Part shown: positions 57,421 through 64,000 of the stretch, piece by piece
Position numbering within the stretch: the first letter of the stretch is position 1
Layout of the letters: every line of letters begins with the position of its first letter
Assembly (NCBI GenBank): GCA_963851265.1
Contig: CAWKNZ010000002.1
Coordinates: 352,001-416,000, forward strand
Length of the DNA: 64,000 nt
From: an uncultured Gemmatimonadales bacterium
GTDB lineage: Bacteria > Gemmatimonadota > Gemmatimonadetes > Gemmatimonadales > Gemmatimonadaceae
Direction: 5' to 3'
Notes under the pieces: model-generated
Databases searched by the model: none
Told to the model about the DNA's origin: nothing
The model's input: only the letters and a program-made list of their open reading frames with translations
Program-made: the position numbers and the translations under genes

Positions 57421-58495
57421 ATGCCGGCCCTCCCCGAACGCGCCCTCGCCGACGCCGTTGCCCACCGCGACGCGCGCCGCTTCTGCGACGTGGTCCTCCC
57501 GGCCGTCTCGCGGACCTTCGCGATCGGCATCCGCGCGCTCCCGGGGGACCTCGGCAAGGCCGTCCTCACGGCCTACCTCATCTGCCGGCTCGCCGACACC
57601 GTCGAGGACGCGCCCGGCATGACGCCCGCCGCCAAGGCGCCGCTCTTCGAAGCGCTGCTCGACTGCTTCGACGGGCAGGCGGCCGCGGACCGCTTCCCGC
57701 CGATGGCGCATGCCGTCACCGGCGACCCGGCGCACCTCGCGCTCGTCCGCCACGCGGACCTCGTCTTCGGCTACTTCCTCACGCTGCCCGCGGGGACGCG
57801 CCGCGTCGTGCGCCACTGGGTGACCGAGATGGTCACCGGCATGCGCAAGTTCGTCGAGCTCTACCCCGACGGCATCCGCATCCAGACGGTCGAGGAGTTT
57901 CGCGAGTACTGCTACTACGTGGCGGGCACGGTGGGCTACCTGCTCACCGACCTCTGGCACGAGCACTCGCCCGCGGTGGGCCAGGTCACGTACGAGCGGC
58001 TGCGCGAACGGTGCCGCGCGTTCGGCGAGGCGCTGCAGACGGTGAACATCCTCAAGGACGTGGGGCACGACGCCCGCGTCGAGAACTCGATCTACGTGCC
58101 CGAGCAACTCCTCCGCGCCCACGGCAGCACGCACGCGGCCGTGCTCGCGGCCGAGTGCATCCCCGAGACGCGGGCGGCCGTCGGGTCGGCTCATCGAGCT
58201 CGCCTGGGCCGACCTCGACGAGGCGCGCCGCTACCTGCTGCTCATCCCGCGGCGCGCGGTGCCGATCCGCCTCTTCTGCGCGCTGCCCTTGTTCTACGCC
58301 TACGCCACGCTGCGCGACCTCGCCCGCACCTCGGCGATGCTCCTGCCCGGCGGCGGGGTGAAGATCTCGCGGCGCGAGGTCAAGGCGCTGCTCGTGACGG
58401 GGATGCTCGTCGTCGGCAGCAACGGCCTCGTGCGCCGGCTCGTCGAGCGCGTGCGGCAACGGCCGTTCACGCTCGCGTTAGGCGGGAGCCGGTAG
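57421..58495 (+). pseudogene. Squalene/phytoene synthase family gene with a +1 frameshift near 58183-58186 (pseudogene or sequencing error)
   Basis: VSRTF, YLICRLADTVED, YCYYVAGTVG, LQTVNILKD in frame from 57421. The homologous C-terminus (RLIELAWADLDEARRYLL...IRLFCALPL...VKISR) is in the next frame, ending at 58495. Confidence 0.8.
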
Positions 58496-58509
58496 GCGAG
58501 GCACCGCGC

Positions 58510-59385
58510 TCAGCGCAGCGCCCGCCGCACCCCGTCGATCGCGTCGAGCAGTCCGGCCGCACGCTCTCCCGGGCGTGAGGATGCGGCCGGCCCGGCGAGC
58601 CCCCCCTCGACGCGGTCGAGCAGCGCTTCCAGCGCCGCGCCGCCGCGCGCCACCGCGTCGCGGTGCCCGCGCGCGATCACCCACGCCGCGGCGCCGCCCG
58701 CGAGCACCGGAACCGCCGCGACCGGCGCGACCACCGCGAGCAGTGCGTGCGCGACGACCCCCGCGCCGAGCATCCCCGTCCCCGCGAGCACGCCGCCACC
58801 CGCCGCCACCCCGCCCGCGGTGAGCCGCTGCCGGCGTGCGCCGCCGAGGTCGAGCTCCAGCCGCAGCAGCGTCCGCCCGGTGTCGGCGGGCAGCGCCACC
58901 GCGCGCACGCCGCGCGCGCGCCGCAGCCCCGGCGTGCCGCCGCCCAGTCGCAGCCCGCGTGTCAGATTCCCGACGAAGTCCGTGCGCGCGTCCCACGCCG
59001 CGTAGACCGCCCCCGCGTCGGCCGTCCGCCGCACGAGCTGCATGCACTCCTCGCGCTCGAGCCAGCGGCCCAACGCCTCGATCACCGCGCCCGGCGTCCC
59101 CGCCACCGCGCGCGCCGCCGCCGCGTGCGCCGGCCCCGCGATCCGCGTCGCGAGGTCGCCCTCGCCCGCGTCGCGCCCCGTCGGCACCACGGCGCGCGTC
59201 GCCGACCGCAACCGCTCCTCGGCGAGCGCCGCGCGCACGTGGTCGGTCGACAGCCCGGCCTCGCGCGCCGCGTCGAGCAGTTCGGCGTCGCTCAGCCCCG
59301 CGTCGTCGGGCGCGCGCCCCGCGGCGGTCTGCAGCTCCGCCGCCCGCGCGAGCACGCGCTCCATCGCCGTCCGGTCGAGGGCCAT
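58510..59385 (-). CDS. Hypothetical membrane protein
   Basis: N-terminal ERVLARAAELQ...ELLDAAREAGL helical motif, two C-terminal hydrophobic segments. 2-nt gap to the upstream gene. Confidence 0.7.
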   Translation of the reverse strand: MALDRTAMERVLARAAELQTAAGRAPDDAGLSDAELLDAAREAGLSTDHVRAALAEERLRSATRAVVPTGRDAGEGDLATRIAGPAHAAAARAVAGTPGAVIEALGRWLEREECMQLVRRTADAGAVYAAWDARTDFVGNLTRGLRLGGGTPGLRRARGVRAVALPADTGRTLLRLELDLGGARRQRLTAGGVAAGGGVLAGTGMLGAGVVAHALLAVVAPVAAVPVLAGGAAAWVIARGHRDAVARGGAALEALLDRVEGGLAGPAASSRPGERAAGLLDAIDGVRRALR

Positions 59386-59387
59386 CG

Positions 59388-60482
59388 TCAGATCCCCCCG
59401 AGCACGACGTCGATCTGCCGCGTCACCGCCTCGAGCATCGCGCTCGGCAACGGGAAGGCCGCCTCCAGCGCGGCCCCGGCGTCCCCGGGCGGCACGGGCG
59501 CGCCGGCCTCGCGCAGATAGAATCGCGCGTATCCGTCGGCGAGGTCTGGCGCCGCGCGGCGCAACAGGATGAGCCCGGCGCGCACCTGTCCCACCGTCAC
59601 GTAGCGGTCCGCGAGTCCCGCGCGCTGGTCGGCAGGCGACGTGTTGTCGGCCACCACCTGGCCCACGAGCGCCCCCACGAACTCGTGCACCGCCGTGTAG
59701 CTCGCCTCGGCGGCGTCCGCCGGGCGTGCGGGAAGGGGCACCGCGACCACGCCGTCGCCGCCGGGGTCGGCCTGCGCACGCCCCTCGCCGCCCAGCACGG
59801 GGGAGAGAAGCAGCGTGCCGTCGCGCTGCTGCGAGCCAGACAGGTAGCGCTGGAGGCGCGGGCGTACCGCGCGCTGCCACGCCGAGTCGGCCGCGTCGAG
59901 CGACGCGGCCCGCGACTGCTGCAGCGCCGTCCAGTAGCGGTGGTAAAACCGGTCGCGCTCGTCGGCGAGTGCGGTCGTGTACAGGCGCAACCAGTCCCGG
60001 TCGGCTGCCGCGGGGAACGTGCGGGCCAGCAGCGCGATCGCGCCGGCCTGGCCGGCGTCGCTCGCGCGGCGCGGATCGCCCCCTGCCTGCACGAACGCCG
60101 TCACCGCCTGTTGCAGGCCGTCGAACGACTGGAAGGCGAGCGGAACGAACTGCGCGGACAGCGCGAGCGCCGGATTCGCGGCGAGACGTGCCCGCAGGCG
60201 CTCGCGGTTGGCGTCGAGGTCCGTGTACGCGTTCGCGCGCGTCCGCTCGGCCTGCACCGCGGCCCGGTAGCCGCGGCGGAAGATCGGCACCCGCGCGGTG
60301 TCGTCCTCGATCAACGCGAGCCCGTGCAGCCACAGGTCGACGTGCTCCGCGGTGCGCACCCGCCAGGTGCGGGTCGTCGCGGTGGGCGCAGTCGGTCCCG
60401 CCCCGGCCTGCGCCCAGGCGGGCGCGGCGCAGGCGAGGAGCATGGCGAGCGGAACGGTTGAGCGGACGGGCGGTCGAGGCAT
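59388..60482 (-). CDS. Hypothetical secreted protein
   Basis: Signal peptide ending AWA-Q, helical body with HEFVG, coding-like codon bias. Confidence 0.7.
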   Translation of the reverse strand: MPRPPVRSTVPLAMLLACAAPAWAQAGAGPTAPTATTRTWRVRTAEHVDLWLHGLALIEDDTARVPIFRRGYRAAVQAERTRANAYTDLDANRERLRARLAANPALALSAQFVPLAFQSFDGLQQAVTAFVQAGGDPRRASDAGQAGAIALLARTFPAAADRDWLRLYTTALADERDRFYHRYWTALQQSRAASLDAADSAWQRAVRPRLQRYLSGSQQRDGTLLLSPVLGGEGRAQADPGGDGVVAVPLPARPADAAEASYTAVHEFVGALVGQVVADNTSPADQRAGLADRYVTVGQVRAGLILLRRAAPDLADGYARFYLREAGAPVPPGDAGAALEAAFPLPSAMLEAVTRQIDVVLGGI

Positions 60483-60597
60483 GCGGGCGGCGAGCACGGG
60501 CAGAGCGACGGGGCGGAGACGACCGCTCCGGGTCAGTACGCCGCCGGCCCCTCGCGCGATCCATTCCCGGCGCGGCCGACGCGTCCCGTGCCTCGTG

Positions 60598-60804
60598 TTA
60601 CCCCTCGTCCGCGGGACGGCCGCACGTGATGCAGAACCGCCACCCGATCTCGAGCTCCGTGCTGCACGCCGGGCACCGGTGCACCGTGACGTTCTCCCCG
60701 CAGTAGGGGCAGAAGGTCACCGCGCGATCCGCGGGCAACGGCCGCGCGCACGCGCGACACGCGCCTCCCAATACGGGCGTCGGCGGACGGACGGGGAAGG
60801 GCAC
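60598..60804 (-). CDS. Double zinc-ribbon protein
   Basis: CRAC...FCPYCG...CPAC...FCITCG (four CxxC). Confidence 0.75.
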   Translation of the reverse strand: MPFPVRPPTPVLGGACRACARPLPADRAVTFCPYCGENVTVHRCPACSTELEIGWRFCITCGRPADEG

Positions 60805-60827
60805 GAAGGAAGGCGGAAGCGGCGCGA

Positions 60828-61040
60828 TCAGCGCCGCGCCGTGCTGTCCGTGCCATCGCTCGGCGCGGCCCGACCGTCGAGGTCGGAGTCGTACTTGCCG
60901 CGCGCGCTGCCGCCGGCGCGCGAGACCATCTGCTCGATCACGCGGCGCACCACGGTCTGCTCGTGGAGCTGGGCGTCGCGGAAGCCGACGGCGTAGCCGA
61001 CGGCGCCGCCGAGGGCGAGAAGGAGCAGGGGGCGCGACAT
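60828..61040 (-). CDS. Small hypothetical protein with N-terminal membrane anchor
   Basis: MSRPLLLLALGGAVGYAVGFRDA... fills the gap in a co-oriented gene run. Confidence 0.6.
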   Translation of the reverse strand: MSRPLLLLALGGAVGYAVGFRDAQLHEQTVVRRVIEQMVSRAGGSARGKYDSDLDGRAAPSDGTDSTARR

Positions 61041-61068
61041 GAGCGGAGGGGAAAGAATGAGGGAGACG

Positions 61069-61788
61069 TCATCCAGCAGACGCGCCCGCGCGGGCTCCCG
61101 CAACCGATCCGCCCGCGGCGGACGCACGCCCCTCACGCGGATACGCCGGCGCCGGCACGAACGCCTCGGCCGACGGAAACGGGTCGAGCGCGCCGCGCAG
61201 CTTCCCCTTCGCTCGCTCCGCCGCGACCCACGCGTCGAACCCCGACGGCACCAGACCCCCCGACTGCGTCTGGTCGGCGGCGGCGCGCGTCGCGAGGTGG
61301 TTGGCGTACTCGTTCTGCGGATGCCCGTTGTGCCCACGCACCCAGCGCCACATCCGCTCGTGCGCGGCCGCCGCTGCCACCGCCGTCTTCCACAGCTCGA
61401 GGTTCTCGATCGGGCCGGTCTTGCGCGTCCACCCGCGCGCCATCCACCCGGGCACCCACGAGGTCATCCCGTCCACGATGTACTTCGAATCGGTCGTGAA
61501 GACCACCGAAAACGTGCGCTCTTTGGCCGACAGGCCGGCGAACGTCTCGATCACGGAGCGGAGCGCCATCCGGTTGTTCGTGGTGTCGCGCTCGCTGATC
61601 CACCAGTCCCACCGCAGGAGCTCGCCGCTGCGCGGGTGGCGCCACTCGACGAGGCCCCCCGCACCACCGGGCGTGTCGCCCGCCCTGCCGTTGCCCAGGC
61701 ACGACTCGTCGGCGTAGACCGCGACGAGCGGGTGCGCCGCCCCGTGCGGCCCGGCGCCCTTCCGGCCGGCATGCGTCCCGCCCGTCAT
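61069..61788 (-). CDS. rnhA: Ribonuclease HI (variant active site)
   Basis: YADESCLGN, TTNNRM, TDSKY, W..RGW, NLELW, WVRGHNGHPQNE. Confidence 0.9.
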   Translation of the reverse strand: MTGGTHAGRKGAGPHGAAHPLVAVYADESCLGNGRAGDTPGGAGGLVEWRHPRSGELLRWDWWISERDTTNNRMALRSVIETFAGLSAKERTFSVVFTTDSKYIVDGMTSWVPGWMARGWTRKTGPIENLELWKTAVAAAAAHERMWRWVRGHNGHPQNEYANHLATRAAADQTQSGGLVPSGFDAWVAAERAKGKLRGALDPFPSAEAFVPAPAYPREGRASAAGGSVAGARAGASAG

Positions 61789-62003
61789 ACGACGTCGAAC
61801 CCGGTCATCTCGTCGATCCAGAGGTCGAGGCGGTCGCCGGTGGTGGGATGCACGGCGTCGATGCGCTCGCGGCCGCCGACGAGTCGCAGCGCCCGCGGCA
61901 CCACGACGAGGTCGTAGGCGCCGTTCCGGCGCACCTCGATGCGGCGCCGGTCGGCGATCGCGCGCTCGAGCGCGTCGTACTGCGCGGGAGAGAAGCTGGC
62001 CAT
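61785..62003 (-). CDS. Small hypothetical protein, WYL/Sm-like pattern
   Basis: LERAIADRRRIEV...VVVPRAL...IDAV...GDRLDLWIDEM. ATGA overlap with rnhA. Confidence 0.6.
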   Translation of the reverse strand: MASFSPAQYDALERAIADRRRIEVRRNGAYDLVVVPRALRLVGGRERIDAVHPTTGDRLDLWIDEMTGFDVV

Positions 62004-62016
62004 CCGGGAACGATAC

Positions 62017-63201
62017 TCACCCGCACCAGTCGCGCACCAAGCGCGCGAGCACGTCGGTCGCGCGCTCCACCTCGTCGAGCCCGACCCACTCCTCCGCGCT
62101 GTGTGCGAGGCCGATGTCGCCCGGCCCGAAACACACCGTCGGCACCCCGGCCGCGTTGAGCAGCGCGGCGTCCGTCCAGGCCGGCATCCCCTCCACGCGC
62201 ACCGCCTCCCCCGCCCCGGCGAGCGCCGTGCCTAACGCACGCACGATCGGCGCCCCGGGCGCGACGTCGCTCGGCGGCTGCGCGAAGTCGAGCGCGACGT
62301 CGGCGCGGAACGCCTCGCGCCCGGCGGCCCGCAGCCGCGCGGCGACGCGCGCCGCCGCCGCCTCGATCTCCGCGAGCGCCGACTCCGCGCTCTCCGACGG
62401 GATCGTCCGCCGCTCGAGCCGGAGCACGCACCGCTCGGGGTAGGTCGTCAGGCCGACTCCCCCCTCTATGAGCGACGCGTGCAGCGACCCGCGGCCCAAC
62501 AGCGCGTGCGGTGCCCGCCCGGGCAGCTCGACGGCGTCGAGCGCGTCCAGCTCGGCGAGCACGAGCCCCGCGTGACGGATGGCGTCCACCCCGAGGTCAT
62601 AGCGGCTGCCGTGCGCGGCGCGACCGTGGAGGGTCACGGTGTACCACGCGAACCCGCGGTGCGCGGGCATGATCGCGAGGCGGGTGGGCTCGGTGATCAC
62701 GCACGCGTCGGCCCGCAGCGCGCCCGACTTCAGCCGCTCGACGAGGGCGAGGGTGCCGGCACTCTCGAACTCCTCGTCGGCGACCGCGGCGATCACGACC
62801 TCGCCGCGGACGGCCCCGTCGGCGTGCGCCCTCGCCGCGGCCGCGCACATCGCCGCGATACCGGCCTTCATGTCGGCCGCCCCGCGCCCGTACAGCCGTC
62901 CGTCGCGCACCTCCGCCGCGAACGGCTCGTGCACCATCCCGTCGGTTCCCACCACGTCGAGGTGCCCGTTCAGCATGAGCACCGGAGCGCCCGGCTCGCC
63001 CCGCCCGATGCGGGCGACCACGTTGGGCCGCCCGGGCACGGCGTCGTACAGGTCGACCGCGAAGCCCCACGCGCGCAGGACGGCGGCCAGGCGTGCGGCG
63101 CACGCGCCCTCCCCCGGCGCCCCCGGCACGAGGTCGGGGTTCCGCGAGTCGATGCGGACGAGTTCGCGGGAAAGCGCGGAAGGGTCGGCGAAGGCGGGCA
63201 T
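62017..63201 (-). CDS. ArgE/DapE-family M20 deacylase
   Basis: LNGHLDVV, GRGAADMKAG, ADEE, TEPT, GRAAHGS, FGPG...AHSAEE. Confidence 0.9.
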   Translation of the reverse strand: MPAFADPSALSRELVRIDSRNPDLVPGAPGEGACAARLAAVLRAWGFAVDLYDAVPGRPNVVARIGRGEPGAPVLMLNGHLDVVGTDGMVHEPFAAEVRDGRLYGRGAADMKAGIAAMCAAAARAHADGAVRGEVVIAAVADEEFESAGTLALVERLKSGALRADACVITEPTRLAIMPAHRGFAWYTVTLHGRAAHGSRYDLGVDAIRHAGLVLAELDALDAVELPGRAPHALLGRGSLHASLIEGGVGLTTYPERCVLRLERRTIPSESAESALAEIEAAAARVAARLRAAGREAFRADVALDFAQPPSDVAPGAPIVRALGTALAGAGEAVRVEGMPAWTDAALLNAAGVPTVCFGPGDIGLAHSAEEWVGLDEVERATDVLARLVRDWCG

Positions 63202-63257
63202 CCCGGGAAGGTAGGCGGCACCGCCGTCTCCGTCCCCGTCAGACGTCGCCTACGCCG

Positions 63258-64000
63258 TCACCCGACCCCCTCGCCCTCCACGCCCCACTCCAGCACTCGC
63301 CCCAACGGTTCCACGGCCGCCCGCACGTCCTCCTCCCGCCCCTCCGCAGCGACGAGCAGCACGCACCCCCCGCCCGACGCCCCCAACGCCTTCGCGCCTA
63401 ACGCCCCGGCCTTGTCGCCCGCGGCCACGATCGCGTCGATCCGCGCCGTCGGGATCGCCGGGTGCAGTCCGCGCTGCCACCCCCAGTGTTCGCCCACCAG
63501 AGTGCCTAACGTGTCGACGTCGCCGCGGGCCAGCGCCGCGGCCATCGCCGCGGCCAGCCCGCGCATCCGGGCGAGCGCGTCGACCACCCGGCGCTCTCCC
63601 GCCGCGTACCCGTCGAGCACCGCCGTGATCGTTTCCCCCGACACGCGCGACTCGCCCGTGTAGACCACCACGCACCGACCTTCGAGCGCGCGCCGCGTGT
63701 GGGCGCGCAGCGGAAGCCGCGTCACCTGCGCCGGTCGACCGTCCGCCGCCGCGCCGAAGTCCAGCCGCAGCGCCCCGCCGAACGCCGCCGCGTAGTGGTC
63801 CTGCCGCCCGCCCGCGATCCCCGCGTCCTCGACCTCCGCCGCGCGGCTCGCCTCGGCGAGCGCGGCCCGCGTCGCGTCGTCCAGCGGCGTGCGGCTCGCT
63901 CGGCGTTCTCCGCCTGCGGTCAGATCCCGCCACGCCGCGCACGCCGCCGCGAGCGCGACGCCGAGCGCGCTCGACCCTCCGAGCCCGGCGCCGACGGGCA
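63258..64000 (-). CDS. GHMP-family sugar kinase (HddA/fucokinase-like), 5'-truncated by window edge
   Basis: Frame is open to the window end: PVGAGLGGSSA, GGRQDHYAAAFGG, YTGESR, GAKALGASGGG. Confidence 0.88.
   Translation of the reverse strand, partial: PVGAGLGGSSALGVALAAACAAWRDLTAGGERRASRTPLDDATRAALAEASRAAEVEDAGIAGGRQDHYAAAFGGALRLDFGAAADGRPAQVTRLPLRAHTRRALEGRCVVVYTGESRVSGETITAVLDGYAAGERRVVDALARMRGLAAAMAAALARGDVDTLGTLVGEHWGWQRGLHPAIPTARIDAIVAAGDKAGALGAKALGASGGGCVLLVAAEGREEDVRAAVEPLGRVLEWGVEGEGVG

Overview
A very GC-rich, densely coding bacterial chromosome segment with about 50 genes. Gene content and style suggest a Gemmatimonadota-like diderm (inference, not verified). I found no rRNA, tRNA, CRISPR array, integrase or transposase. 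Most genes are housekeeping or envelope functions: Wzi-like protein, M23 peptidase, YhbY, ferredoxin, RNase D, LspA-like peptidase, acyl-CoA dehydrogenase, YyaL, CrcB/Fluc, TamA/TamB, an EF-G paralog, ThyX, RNase HI, two M20 hydrolases and a GHMP kinase. Main points of interest: (1) a tightly coupled 8-gene minus-strand operon (24918-33936) encoding inositol-3-phosphate synthase, an HD-like protein, a Gfo/Idh/MocA dehydrogenase, a Zn-ribbon MBL-fold protein, a stand-alone YcaO, a TIM-barrel isomerase, a GT4 glycosyltransferase and a PIG-L deacetylase. It resembles a mycothiol-like inositol-glycoside pathway with YcaO in place of the ligase, has no visible RiPP precursor, and sits behind a sigma54-like promoter. 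(2) The octamer YGTTAGGC, counted by eye 31 times on both strands and in several reading frames. (3) A c-di-GMP-I riboswitch upstream of a secreted Ig-like/alpha-helical protein. (4) An RND permease fused to TolC through an internal signal-peptide-like linker, with four TetR-type operators upstream. (5) An RNase HI with a rearranged acidic active site. (6) A frameshifted squalene/phytoene synthase gene. Start codons were chosen by eye and some are uncertain.
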